Below are positions 1-10,472 of a stretch of DNA of 64,000 bases, piece by piece (the stretch's first letter is position 1; each line of letters opens with the position of its first letter). This stretch comes from an uncultured Planctomycetaceae bacterium (GTDB lineage Bacteria; Planctomycetota; Planctomycetia; Planctomycetales; Planctomycetaceae). Position numbers and translations under genes: made by a program. The stretch is taken from assembly GCA_963813715.1 (NCBI GenBank), contig CAWFAK010000017.1, positions 416,001 to 480,000 of the forward strand, in the 5' to 3' direction. The notes under the pieces were generated by a model. The model ran no database searches and had not been told where the DNA came from. It was given only the letters and a program-made list of their open reading frames with translations.

Positions 1-624
1 GTGAGTGCCGCAGGTATTCCGGTCGCGTATCTCACCGCGCAGGTGGCTCTTACCCGGGCTGGTTTTCGGGCAGGCAAGACTGTTCTGGCACCGGCGATCG
101 GAGGATCGATCGGCAATGCGGTGACGCAATTGGCGCGCGCCTTGGGCGCAAAACACGCCATGTCAAGCACGACCAATCATGCGAAAGCCGAGCAGGCAAA
201 GGCGCTCGGATTCAATGAAGTCATCGATACCTCCTTGGAGAAGTTGGGTGACGGCGTGCGTCGTATCACGGGCGGTTACGGCGCAGACATTGTCATCGAC
301 GGAATCGGTGGTGAAGTCTTGAGCGAGGCGCTCGGAGCGCTGCGTTGGAAGGAAGCCTCACAACACTGGGGTATTCCGCAAGCCGTAAGACAACCATTGA
401 CGTGACAAATCTCATCGTGCCGCAGGCCAGCATCCGGGGTCTCAACATGTTCGCTTCAGCCGAAGGCGGCCGTTGCTGACGCTTGGAAGGTTATTGTCTC
501 TCTGCTTAAATCCGGTGCGATCAAACCGATCGTGGCGAAGACCTTCCCGCTGACCGAGGCGGCTGATGCTCTGCGTTACCTGGTTGAGGGCCGCCCCTTC
601 GGCAGGGTCATCCTCAAAATCTGA
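1..624 (+). CDS. Zinc-binding/MDR quinone oxidoreductase, 5'-truncated by window edge
   Basis: GADIVIDGIGG and C-terminal FPLTEAADALRYLVEGRPFGRVILKI; two compensating frameshifts near 343 and 455. Confidence 0.85.
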
Positions 625-690
625 CTCGCTCTGAACGAGGACGGGGACAATCTCCAGGCCTTGAGCCGAACCTCGAGAAAGGAACTCGCG

Positions 691-1071
691 ATGTCCCAGC
701 GACTCGCCATGGCCAGCAGAAATGACTTCACCAGGGCGTTCTGGATCTGTGCCGCCGTGACGGCCATCAGTGCGATCGTGAGCGCGTCATTTTCGGTGGC
801 GGCATTGCGGGGGCCGGGTCAGCCCGATGTCATTGCGATGTACGCGGCGGTGCGCAGCATCTCGCTCGCGCTGGTCGTGCTGGCCGTTGCAAGTTTCCGT
901 TCGCGCGACGGAGTTGCAGCGATGGCCGTCACGATGGGACTCGTGCAACTCCTTGATGCCCTAATCGGACTCCTGTTGCACGACCCGTTTAAGACCTACG
1001 GCCCGCTCGTCATCTCGCTCATGACCTTCGCATCGCTCGCGTGGCTCTTGCGAACTTCGCCGGACACATGA
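691..1071 (+). CDS. Small 4-TM membrane protein
   Basis: AAGGAA upstream of ATG 691; four hydrophobic segments. Confidence 0.7.
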   Translation: MSQRLAMASRNDFTRAFWICAAVTAISAIVSASFSVAALRGPGQPDVIAMYAAVRSISLALVVLAVASFRSRDGVAAMAVTMGLVQLLDALIGLLLHDPFKTYGPLVISLMTFASLAWLLRTSPDT

Positions 1072-1245
1072 ATCAGACGGCGGGGCCGGCGGCAGGCCAG
1101 ACTTCAGCAAGAGCCTAGGAGCATTTTCCTGGTTCGCGTTCGTCCATACGGGCCGTGCAACTCTGCCCTCATCGCACTGGCATAAGGTTAGCTACCTGAA
1201 CTCAATGTCCGGTTTGGATTGTCCCTTATTGAAAGGGAGCAGAGA

Positions 1246-1896
1246 ATGTCGACCCACCAGCCGATGTATCTACTCTACATCCAATCTTCTCCTCGCGGGC
1301 CGAGATCCGTTTCCACCGCCGTGGCCGATGCGTTCCTGCAAGCCTACCGCAGCGTCTGTCGCGAGCTCACGGTGGACACGCTGAACGTGTGGGAGGAGAA
1401 CCTGCCGGAGTTCGACCAAGAGGCCATCGGGGCGAAGTACAAGGGCATCAACAAAGAACCGATGGACCCGGCTGAGACCGCCGTTTGGGACAAAATCAAG
1501 GAGCTAGCGGCACGCTTCCAGCGAGCGGACCGCATCCTGCTCGCTGTGCCCATGTGGAACTTCGCCTACCCGTACAAGCTCAAGCAATTGATCGATCTGG
1601 TCTGCCAGCGGAACATGCTCTTTACCTATGACGGCACGGAGTACGGCCCTTTGCTGAAAACGGGCCGCGCCTGCGTGGTCTATGCGCGGGGCGGAACGTA
1701 CGCGGAAGACTCGCCGACGCCCGCTTCCCGGTTCGACCATCAGAAAGGATACATTGATTTCTGGCTGAAGCTGATCGGAGTCAAGCAGGTCAAAAACCTC
1801 GTGGTGGAAGGCACGACCTGGCCCGAGAAAGAGAAAAGGGAAGAGAGCATCGCACGTGGTCTGGAGGAGGCAAGAAGACTGGGGGCAGATTTCTGA
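1246..1896 (+). CDS. azoR: FMN-dependent NADH-azoreductase
   Basis: SSPRG, PMWNF, ARGG motifs; GGGAG RBS. Confidence 0.88.
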   Translation: MSTHQPMYLLYIQSSPRGPRSVSTAVADAFLQAYRSVCRELTVDTLNVWEENLPEFDQEAIGAKYKGINKEPMDPAETAVWDKIKELAARFQRADRILLAVPMWNFAYPYKLKQLIDLVCQRNMLFTYDGTEYGPLLKTGRACVVYARGGTYAEDSPTPASRFDHQKGYIDFWLKLIGVKQVKNLVVEGTTWPEKEKREESIARGLEEARRLGADF

Positions 1897-2000
1897 AAGT
1901 TGCCCGGCATTGGTCGCTCAGGCACCTCCTTGCTTCTCGGCTGCAGGTCCTTTGCGGCGTGCCCGCGGAAAGAGTTCCGAGGATCGTGGAGAATCTCAAC

Positions 2001-2717
2001 ATGAGGCTGGACGGAAAACGGGTGGTCATCATCGGTGGGAGTTCGGGGATTGGCCTGGAGACAGCTCGGCTAGCGCTGGCGGAGGGAGCGTTCGTCACCA
2101 TAGCCGGACGATCCGCGGAAAGGCTTCGCAAGGCGGCCACAATCCTCGCTTCGGATCGGTTGCAATCTGTAGTCGCCGATCTATCCGACGAGTCGTCCAT
2201 TCGATCGCTATTCGCCAACGAGGCTCGAGTCGACCATGTCTTCGTGCCTGCCGGGGAGCTTCGGCCGGGTGGCGGCGACGCTTTGAACTGCGATCTGGAC
2301 GGTTTGCGGTCGATTTTGGAGGTCCGGCTTCTGGGTGTGGCCCATGTCGTGCGGCAGGCGAAGCCCAGAATGGATGGGGGTTCGATTACGTTGATGTCTG
2401 GCCTCTACTCGACGCGCCCGGCCGCCGGAGGCGCGATGGCTGCCGCTGCCGTCGCCGCCGTGGAAGGAATGACCCGTGCTCTTGCCTTGGATTTGGCCCC
2501 AACGCGAGTCAATGCCGTGGCCCCCGGTACGATTGACACGCCGCTCTGGGACTCTTTCGGCTCGCAACGCGACGCGATTCTCGCGCACACAGCCAGGCTC
2601 CCGGTGGGGCGCGTTGGCCGTCCGGAAGAGGTTGCGGCGGCGGTGATATTCCTGATGAGTAATGGCTTCGTCACCGGGGCTGTCTTGCCGGTCGACGGCG
2701 GCGGCGGGCTAGTTTGA
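2001..2717 (+). CDS. Short-chain dehydrogenase/reductase
   Basis: GGSSGIG, RVNAVAPG, TGAVLPVDGG; no YxxxK, so atypical. Confidence 0.88.
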   Translation: MRLDGKRVVIIGGSSGIGLETARLALAEGAFVTIAGRSAERLRKAATILASDRLQSVVADLSDESSIRSLFANEARVDHVFVPAGELRPGGGDALNCDLDGLRSILEVRLLGVAHVVRQAKPRMDGGSITLMSGLYSTRPAAGGAMAAAAVAAVEGMTRALALDLAPTRVNAVAPGTIDTPLWDSFGSQRDAILAHTARLPVGRVGRPEEVAAAVIFLMSNGFVTGAVLPVDGGGGLV

Positions 2718-2823
2718 CGGCCCCACTAGCAACAACTCAACAGCAAACCGTTGCTACAAACGAAAAGCGGCTCACCGCAAATCATTGCGACGAGTCGTTT
2801 TGACTGTATCTGCACGCCGGGAT

Positions 2824-2966
2824 TTGAACTCGAATCAAAAACCGTTCCTTTGATGCGCTGCCGTTCAAGCCACTTTGGCGGTCATCATTCAGGCGAGAGC
2901 GATTCCCACAAAACATTTGAGTTCTCGGCACGAAAATCGTGCGTCCAAAAACGTACGAGAATCCGG
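2824..2966. repeat. Copy A of a diverged structured repeat
   Basis: 2900-2966 aligns to 10261-10328 at 49/68 by hand; TGAAC-N33-GTTCA upstream. Confidence 0.6.
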
Positions 2967-3227
2967 GACGGCCGGGGCTCTCATCTAACGGTCGTTTTTT
3001 CGGACATTCGCAAGAGGATCGAGTAAGCGAGACTGCCGCCATGTCGAGATCTCCCAGGAGCCGCGCTGAGTCCTCGTCAACCTTGCCAAATGTCCTTTGC
3101 CGCGATGTTTATCCGCCTGCCGTTGCGGTAAAACCAATCCGAGAGGAGCGAGACGCGAGGAACGTTCTTCCGGGTGGACGACTCGAAAGCCCAATCGATA
3201 GTCGAGTGTTTTCGGAAACGATGTCCA

Positions 3228-3554
3228 ATGACACCTGTTGGCAATCCATCTCCCGGGGACCGCTTCTGTGTCCTCTTCGAGCATTCATCGGATGCGCACC
3301 TCATCTTCGACGAGACAGGCACGACCGACTGCAATGACGCCTGTGTTGAGCTGCTGAAAGCGGAGGACAAGGCTCAGGTCCTCGCGCAGCACCCCGCGGC
3401 GCTGTCTCCCGAGCTTCAACCCAACGGCATCCGTTCGATGGAAAAGAGCATGGTGATGGACGCTATCGCGAGGACGCGAGGCTATCACCGCTTCGATTGG
3501 GTTGGCTCTCAGCCGAATCGCCCGAGAGCAGCTTCGCAACCGCAGTCATGTTGA
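3228..3554 (+). pseudogene. Truncated PAS-domain sensor protein
   Basis: LFEHSSDAHLIFD..DCNDA..HPAALSPELQPNG..GYHRFDW; similarity ends near 3502. Confidence 0.65.
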
Positions 3555-3790
3555 AGTTGCCGAGGTTCTCATCGATCGCTTTTCGGAAAATGTTTCGTAC
3601 GCTACGGTTGGCATCGATGCTTCTCCCCCAGTTTGCACAGTGTAGCCCAGGTCCTTTTCGACGAGCCGCACCGGAAACGGAGTCTCGAAGTTGCCCGTCA
3701 GCATCGATTCGGCATCACGGGTGACGTGAGGGTTCCACATCGCTGTTGCGGAGACTGCGTCCAATATCTGCTTCGCACTTCGGCATCTTG
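3505..3790 (-). pseudogene. C-terminal remnant of a beta-hydroxyacid dehydrogenase
   Basis: GNFETPFPVRLVEKDLGY, then after a shift VRNIFRKAIDENLGNFNMTAVAKLL; no N-terminal domain. Confidence 0.6.
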
Positions 3791-3920
3791 TTTGGCCTGC
3801 GCTATGATATCGTGTCGCAAGATTCCGGTTCGATCTTGATTGCGTCAACTGTCCTGAGCGCCGCGACCCTTCCGGCCGCCATTCTGTTGACTCGCGGGTG
3901 ACATTAAGAAGGAGAGCGAC

Positions 3921-5580
3921 ATGAATGCTCGAGTTCAGTTCACCGGACAGTCCGACCCCTGGTCGCGTCGCAGGGCAAAGAAGGCCGCTCGTTTGGCCCG
4001 CATCGCGCCCTGGATGAAGGGAATTGTTCTGGAAACCGGAGCCATGGTCGAGGCGCTGCAAGCGCTGCTTGAACCTGGCGATGCCGTCGCCCTCGAAGGA
4101 GACAACCAGAAACAGGCCGATTTTCTTTCACGATCGCTCGTCCAGGCCGACCCTGCGAAGCTCCATGACCTCCACCTTCTGATCTCGAGCGTCAGCCGGC
4201 CCGAGCATCTGACACTCTTCGAGCGCGGCATCGCCCGGAAAATCGATCTCGCCTTCGCCGGCCCGGAGAGCGTACGCCTGGCGCAACTCCTCGAAGACGG
4301 GAAGGTAGACATCGGCGCCATTCACACCTATGTCGAGCTCTACTCGCGGATGTTCGTGGACCTGATGCCCGACGTGGCGCTGGTTTGCGCCGAGCAGTCC
4401 GACCGCGAGGGCAACCTCTATACCGGCCCGAACACCGAGGACACGCCGACCATCGTCGAGGCGACGGCTTTCCACGACGGGGTAGTCGTAGTGCAAGTCA
4501 ACGAAATCGTGGACAAACTGCCGCGAGTTGACATCCCGGCCTCCTGGGTCGATGTCGTCGTAGTGGCGGATCGGCCTTACCAGGTCGAGCCATTGTTCAC
4601 GCGCGACCCAAGGCTGATCAGCGACGTGCAAATCTTGATCGCCATGCTGGTAATCCGAGGAATCTACGAGCGTCATGGGGTGACGACGCTCAATCATGGC
4701 ATCGGCTTCGACACGGCGGCCATCGAGTTACTCTTGCCGACCTACGGTGAGAAGCTCGGGCTGCGCGGCAAGATCTGCCGCAACTGGGTTCTCAATCCGC
4801 ACCCCACGCTCATCCCTGCGATCGAGAGTGGTTGGGTGGAGAGTATCGCTTGCTTCGGCAGTGAGGTGGGGATGGCCGACTATGTCCGTGCCCGCCCGGA
4901 TGTGTTCTTCACCGGACATGACGGCAGCCTGCGATCGAATCGCGTCCTCGCGCAGCTCGCCGGGCAGTATGCAGTCGACCTGTTCATCGGGTCCACGCTG
5001 CAGATGGATGCCGAGGGAAACTCCTCGACGGTCACCCTCGGACGGCTGGCGGGTTTCGGCGGCGCTCCCAACATGGGGAGCGATGCGCGTGGCCGCCGCC
5101 ACTCAAGCACCGCTTGGCTGGACATGATCACGGGCAAGAGTGACACCGCGCGGGGTCGAAAGCTCGTGGTCCAGGTGGTCGAAACTTTCCACAAGGGCGG
5201 GGAGCAATCGATTGTTGACACGCTGGACGCAGTCGCGGTGGGCAGGAAAGCGCGCATGCCGCTGGCGCCGGTCATGATCTACGGAGACGACGTCACCCAC
5301 CTTGTGACCGAGGAAGGTGTCGCCTATCTCTACAAAACCGAAGGACTCGAGGAGCGGAAGGCGGCCATCGCAGCCATCGCCGGCGCCACGCAGATTGGTC
5401 TGCGGGCCGATCGAAATCGAACCGCCGATCTGCGCTCGCGCGGCCTTGTGGCAACTCCCGAAGATCTTAAAGTCCGTCGAACCGACGCGAGCCGGACACT
5501 GTTGGCCGCGCAGCATCGATGATCTCGTGGCCTGGTCGGGCGGTCTCTATCAACCGCCCGCCAAATTCCGAAGCTGGTGA
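3921..5580 (+). CDS. mdcA: Malonate decarboxylase alpha subunit, frameshift near 5510
   Basis: LEGDNQKQADFL, TGPNTEDTP, GFGGAPNMG; WSGGLYQPPAKFRSW end in next frame; AAGGAG RBS. Confidence 0.95.
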
Positions 5581-5584
5581 GGTC

Positions 5585-6493
5585 ATGAGCCAACTGCTGG
5601 CTATGCCGGGCTCGGTTGAAGTCGTTGAGGACGACGGGGGCGACTTGTCGCCTCTTGAATTGTCAAATCTGGCGGTTTCCGCCCTGATCGAGGAAGCCGA
5701 GTTGACGCCGAAGCCGGCGCTCGTCGACCGCAGAGGCAATGGAGCGCACCACGACCTCGATTTGCCGCTGTTGCGGCGTTCGGCTCAGGCCTTGCAGAGT
5801 GGCTTCGTTGCGCTGGCGCAGGCAGCAGTTGGCGAACCGCCCACACTGCAGCTGCGCGAACAAATCGGACGGATCGGTCGCAGCATGGAGCGACGCATGC
5901 TCGTGGCGACTGGCGGCTGCAATGCTCACCGCGGCGCCATTTGGGCACTCGGTTTACTCGTTGCTGGCGCTGCTCAGTGCCGCTCCGATCGAAACGCAGC
6001 CCGGATTGCGGCGCACGCGGCCGCGCTCGCGCGGTTGCCGGACCGGTTTGCACCCCGTCCGTTGAGCAACGGTGAGCGCGCCCGATTGAGATTTGGCGCA
6101 GCCGGCGCCCGCGGCGAGGCACAAGCGGCCTTCCCGCATGTGATCCAGGTCGGCATTCCGACGCTCCGCGAGGCGCGCGAACGACGGGTGCCGGAAGACT
6201 ACGCGCGACTTGATGCTCTCATGGCCATCATGGCCAGCCTCGACGATACCTGTCTCCTTCATCGCGGCGGGCATGCCGCGCTCCAGGCCGCCAAGGCGGG
6301 AGCCCGAGCCGTACTCGCGGCGGGCGGGACAGCCGCCCCTGCCGGACAGCAACGCCTGCACCGGCTTCATGTCGAACTCATGGCCCGTTGGGCATCGCCG
6401 GGCGGTAGCGCTGATCTGCTGAGTGTCACCCTGTTTCTCGATCGACTTGAGGGCGGATCGCGTCCTGCCAGCTCACATGTAGGAGTCCTGTGA
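5585..6493 (+). CDS. mdcB: Triphosphoribosyl-dephospho-CoA synthase
   Basis: LTPKPALVD, NAHRGAIW, SPGGSADLL. Confidence 0.93.
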   Translation: MSQLLAMPGSVEVVEDDGGDLSPLELSNLAVSALIEEAELTPKPALVDRRGNGAHHDLDLPLLRRSAQALQSGFVALAQAAVGEPPTLQLREQIGRIGRSMERRMLVATGGCNAHRGAIWALGLLVAGAAQCRSDRNAARIAAHAAALARLPDRFAPRPLSNGERARLRFGAAGARGEAQAAFPHVIQVGIPTLREARERRVPEDYARLDALMAIMASLDDTCLLHRGGHAALQAAKAGARAVLAAGGTAAPAGQQRLHRLHVELMARWASPGGSADLLSVTLFLDRLEGGSRPASSHVGVL

Positions 6494-6786
6494 TGGAAAC
6501 GCTGAATTTTGAGTATGAGGCAAAGGGCTCACTGACTCGCCGGGCTCATGTCGGCGTTGTCGGCTCCGGCGACCTCGAAGTGCTGATCGAACCGTCCGGT
6601 AAGCCGACTGCCGAAGTCCGCGTACGGACAAGCGTCGACGGCTATACCCAAGTCTGGAAGGATGTGCTCGATCGGTTCTTTGCCCGATTTGGACGCGCTG
6701 CGAGAGTGGAGATCAATGACTTCGGGGCAACGCCCGGGACGGTGACTTTACGTCTCGAACAGGCAGCGGAGGAGGCGCGGTCATGA
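6493..6786 (+). CDS. mdcC: Malonate decarboxylase acyl carrier protein
   Basis: VGVVGSGDLEVL, INDFGATP. Confidence 0.95.
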   Translation: METLNFEYEAKGSLTRRAHVGVVGSGDLEVLIEPSGKPTAEVRVRTSVDGYTQVWKDVLDRFFARFGRAARVEINDFGATPGTVTLRLEQAAEEARS

Positions 6787-7673
6787 TGCACACCACACAC
6801 GACGACAATCCGATCACCAAAGAGCGCCGGGATCGCTTCCTGAAGCGCCAGAGCATCATCGAGATGCGGGCGCAGCAGCGCGCTCAGGCGATTCTTGATC
6901 CGGGCAGCTTCCGCGAGTTGCTCGGCCCGTTCGATCGAATGGAATCCCCTTGGCTCCCGCTTGAAGGAATTGTTCCTGAGTCGGATGACGGTGTTATCGT
7001 CGCGCGAGGGCAGCTCGGTGGCCGGCCTGCCGTGATCATGGCGATCGAGGGAGCATTCCAAGGGGGTGGCATGGGAGAAGTTTCCGCCAGCAAAATCGCT
7101 GGCGCCCTCGGGCTGGCGCGGCGCGACTGCGAGAGTGGCAAGCCGATCTTGCCAGTGCTTCTGCTGGAAACTGGCGGTGTTCGCTTGCAGGAGGCTAATC
7201 TCGGCGAGGCCGTCGTCGCTGAGATCCATGCCGAAATCATTGCGCTGCGCCGCCAGGTGCCGGTCATCGGCGTCATCAACGGCATGGTCGGTTGTTTCGG
7301 CGGCATGTCGATCACGGCCGGGTTGTGCAGCTATCTGGTGGTCCTCCCGCAAGCGCGGCTTGAATTGAACGGCCCGGAGGTGATCGAGCAGGAGGCTGGC
7401 ATCGACGAGTTCGACGCTAGCGACAAGCACCTGATCTGGAGCCTGATGGGGGGCGAGCAGCGTTACGAAACCGGCTTTGCGGACGCGCTGATCGAGGATG
7501 ACGTGAGTGCGCTGCGGCAGACCCTCCAGTCTCTGGCGGCGCGCGGCGTTCCAGCCCGGCATCGAAGCGAGAACGTTGACGAGTACAGGCGCCGCCTGGC
7601 GAAAATCGACCCGGCCGCGCCGCCCGACGGTCCTGGCCTGCGCCGGATTTGGCCGAAGGGAGAAACGCAATGA
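6783..7673 (+). CDS. mdcD: Malonate decarboxylase beta subunit
   Basis: ETGGVRLQEAN, GCFGGMSI, NGPEVIEQEAG. Confidence 0.95.
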   Translation: MMHTTHDDNPITKERRDRFLKRQSIIEMRAQQRAQAILDPGSFRELLGPFDRMESPWLPLEGIVPESDDGVIVARGQLGGRPAVIMAIEGAFQGGGMGEVSASKIAGALGLARRDCESGKPILPVLLLETGGVRLQEANLGEAVVAEIHAEIIALRRQVPVIGVINGMVGCFGGMSITAGLCSYLVVLPQARLELNGPEVIEQEAGIDEFDASDKHLIWSLMGGEQRYETGFADALIEDDVSALRQTLQSLAARGVPARHRSENVDEYRRRLAKIDPAAPPDGPGLRRIWPKGETQ

Positions 7674-8497
7674 GCACCACAACATCTCTGTCGAGCCGCG
7701 GACGGACCTGGTTCCAGGCATTGGCCGACAAAGCACAGCCCGTTAACACCGGGCTCGGGAGCGTCGTCGTCGCCGACGCAACCTGGGGAGGTGAACGAGT
7801 GCGCCTGCTCGCGATTGTGCCGGACCCGCAGAATCGCTTTCCCAGAGCCCGGCACGGCGAGCTTGGCCTCGAGGAGGGATGGACGCTCGCCCACCATGTG
7901 CGTGAAGCAGTCGCCGCCGATCGTTCCGGCACGAAGCGGCCGATCATCGCCATCGTCGATGTCCAGAGCCAGGCCTATGGGCGGATCGAGTCGCTGTTGG
8001 GAATCCACCTGTCGCTCGCCGCAGCCGCTGACGCCTATGCGACGGCCCGCATGGCCGGGCATCCGGTCGTCGCATTGATCGTTGGCACAGCCTTGTCGGG
8101 CGGCCTCCTCGCGCATGGCGATCAGGCTCATCGCCTGCTGGCGCTCGACGATCCCCAAGTGGTGATCCAGGCGATGCGCAAGCAATCGGCCGCGCGCGTC
8201 ACGCGGCGGACGGTCGAAGAGCTCGACGAACTCGGTAAAACCATCATTCCGATGGCGTACGACATCCGGCAATTCGCGAAGCTCGGCTTGCTGCACGAAC
8301 TGATCACCGGGGTCGACGCGGACTCCCCGTCAGCCGCCCAGATCGCCCGCGTCAAAGAGCGATTGGCCGCAGCCATCGCAGATATCCGCAAGAATCCCGG
8401 CGACCTGACCAGCCGCCTGAACAATCCCGATGCGAAGGTCCATCGCGCTGCATCGATCGAGGTACGGAGAAGGTTGGCAGAACAATGGAGCGTTTGA
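7670..8497 (+). CDS. mdcE: Malonate decarboxylase gamma subunit
   Basis: RFPRARHGELGL, VDVQSQAYGR, SAARVTRR. Confidence 0.93.
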   Translation: MSTTTSLSSRGRTWFQALADKAQPVNTGLGSVVVADATWGGERVRLLAIVPDPQNRFPRARHGELGLEEGWTLAHHVREAVAADRSGTKRPIIAIVDVQSQAYGRIESLLGIHLSLAAAADAYATARMAGHPVVALIVGTALSGGLLAHGDQAHRLLALDDPQVVIQAMRKQSAARVTRRTVEELDELGKTIIPMAYDIRQFAKLGLLHELITGVDADSPSAAQIARVKERLAAAIADIRKNPGDLTSRLNNPDAKVHRAASIEVRRRLAEQWSV

Positions 8498-9165
8498 CGC
8501 CAGGCAGTCCGGCGCCGACTCATGACCTAATCCGGCTGCGTTCGCCGATCAAGCTGGCGGTGGATGCATCGGTGCCAGCTTGGGTTGAGCCGGCGCTCCG
8601 GCAGATTCCCTGGGTGGTTGTCCGCCGCGGGCACATTCGTGACGGGATGATCCCGGTCGGAGTCCGCGGCCCGACGCGATCACACCGGTTTGCGGCCCTG
8701 GTGGCGGTCGCCGAGATTGCCGACCGGCTTTCTCCTGAAGATCTGACGGTTTCGAGTCGTGTCATAGAGCAGAAACGCAAGGACGCGGTGCCGGCCCTGG
8801 CTGCGTTAGACCACGTTCCGGGGCTGCTAGTTCGCTGCGGTTACAGCTGGGGACCCGGCGGGAGTGTCGGCTTTGAGCTCGCGACTGGTATCGCCACGGC
8901 GACTGCCTTGAGCGATCTCGATTTGATTCTTCGCCAGGATCGCCGGCTCGAACCCGATCGAGCGACCGATCTGCTGGCGGCTCTCGCCAAAGCGGCAGCG
9001 CCGGCGCGAATCGACGTGATGCTTGAGACACCGATTGGCGGCGTGCCACTTGCGGATCTCGCTGCAATGCGGGCACAGGTACTCGTCCGGACGCCGTTCG
9101 GTCCTCGCCTTTCGATCGACCCCTGGATGGTGGACGCCGCTACATCATTTGAGGCGGCGTTATGA
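8485..9165 (+). CDS. mdcG: Phosphoribosyl-dephospho-CoA transferase
   Basis: HDL, WVVVRR, GSVGFELATG, SDLDL. Confidence 0.93.
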   Translation: MERLTPGSPAPTHDLIRLRSPIKLAVDASVPAWVEPALRQIPWVVVRRGHIRDGMIPVGVRGPTRSHRFAALVAVAEIADRLSPEDLTVSSRVIEQKRKDAVPALAALDHVPGLLVRCGYSWGPGGSVGFELATGIATATALSDLDLILRQDRRLEPDRATDLLAALAKAAAPARIDVMLETPIGGVPLADLAAMRAQVLVRTPFGPRLSIDPWMVDAATSFEAAL

Positions 9166-10130
9166 CAGTTGGGTTCCTGTTCCCGGGACAAGGCGCCCAG
9201 AGCGCGGGTCTGCTTCACGATCTTCCGCAGCATGACGAGGTTAGCCGGACGATCGAGGATGCAAGTCGTATTCTTGCCCTCGACGTCGCTGCCCTCGACA
9301 ACGCCGACGCACTGCGCTCGACTGCCGCGGTCCAGGAGGCACTGTTGATCGCCGGGGTAGCCACCGCCCGCGCCCTAATGGCCGAACATGTCCATCCCGA
9401 TGCCGTGGCAGGCATGTCGATCGGCGCCTTTGGCGCCGCGGTTGCATGTGGCACGCTGTCTTTCGAGGACGCCTTGCCGCTCGTCCGTTTGCGAGGCGAG
9501 CTGATGGAAAAAGCCTTCCCGACCGGCTTCGGCCTCGCCGCCATCGAGGGCCTCGATGAGGTCCGCGTGGAAGGCATCGTGGAACGGACTCGCACTGCGG
9601 AATTGCCAGTCTATATTTCCAACATCAATGCGCCACGGCAGATTGTTGTCGCTGGGAGCGATTCGGCGCTCGTCGCGGTGATGGCCCAAGCTCGTCAACA
9701 AGGCGCGCGCCGTACTCAGCGTTTGGCGGTCGGCGTCCCGTCGCATTGCCCGCTGCTGCAGCCGGTTGCCGATCGCCTGGCGCAGGCAATTGCCAGGCTC
9801 ACTCTTAGGACGCCCACGATGCCCTACATGAGCAATCGGGGCGGCCGCGCCCTCTACGACGCCGAATCCATCCGCCTGGACCTCGCAACCAGCATCGCGC
9901 ATCCGGTCCGCTGGTACAACGCCCTTGAAGTCATGCGCGAGCTTGGAGCGACAGTTTTGATCGAGATGCCTCCGGGTGATGTCTCCACCCATCTCGTGGC
10001 TGAGCAGCTTCCCAGCGTGAGAGCCATCTCGATCGCGGACCACGGGCTCCGCTACGCGACCGTTGTCGCGACCAAGAGTCTGGCGCGCATCGGGCCGGCA
10101 GGAGATTATCCCGGCCCGCGCGCGAGGTGA
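9162..10130 (+). CDS. mdcH: Malonyl-CoA:ACP transacylase
   Basis: FPGQGAQ, GMSIG nucleophile motif, VPSHC; last gene of mdc operon. Confidence 0.92.
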   Translation: MTVGFLFPGQGAQSAGLLHDLPQHDEVSRTIEDASRILALDVAALDNADALRSTAAVQEALLIAGVATARALMAEHVHPDAVAGMSIGAFGAAVACGTLSFEDALPLVRLRGELMEKAFPTGFGLAAIEGLDEVRVEGIVERTRTAELPVYISNINAPRQIVVAGSDSALVAVMAQARQQGARRTQRLAVGVPSHCPLLQPVADRLAQAIARLTLRTPTMPYMSNRGGRALYDAESIRLDLATSIAHPVRWYNALEVMRELGATVLIEMPPGDVSTHLVAEQLPSVRAISIADHGLRYATVVATKSLARIGPAGDYPGPRAR

Positions 10131-10149
10131 CCGAATTTCCCGCGATGTT

Positions 10150-10328
10150 TGAACCCGCCAACGCGCGAGTCGAGGAGCGGCAGCTGGCGTTCAGCTCTGT
10201 AAAACGTTCGAATTCTGCCGCGGATTTCAGCGCGTTTTACGCACTCTCGCCGCACGGGGCCGATTCCGCCAAAACGTTCGAGAATGCGGCACGCGAAACC
10301 GCGTGCCGAAAAACGGATGAGTTTCCGG
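10150..10328. repeat. Copy B of a diverged structured repeat
   Basis: Matches copy A; AAAACGTTCGA at 10201 and 10271; palindrome CGGCACGCG-AAAC-CGCGTGCCG. Confidence 0.6.
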
Positions 10329-10472
10329 CGAGGGCAACTTAACGAGCCCGACGTCGGTGACGATTGATCGCCGCGTGCTCGACTGGGAGAGCACCAGAAA
10401 AGTCGGCTAGTTGGAGTTTGCGATGGTCGCAGGCTTGGCGAGCGGCGAGACGCGGACTCGTGAGTGCTGAAA

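Noticed and set aside
10127..10342. 71-aa ORF after mdcH
   Set aside because: No recognisable protein; coincides with repeat copy B, and copy A is not in one frame
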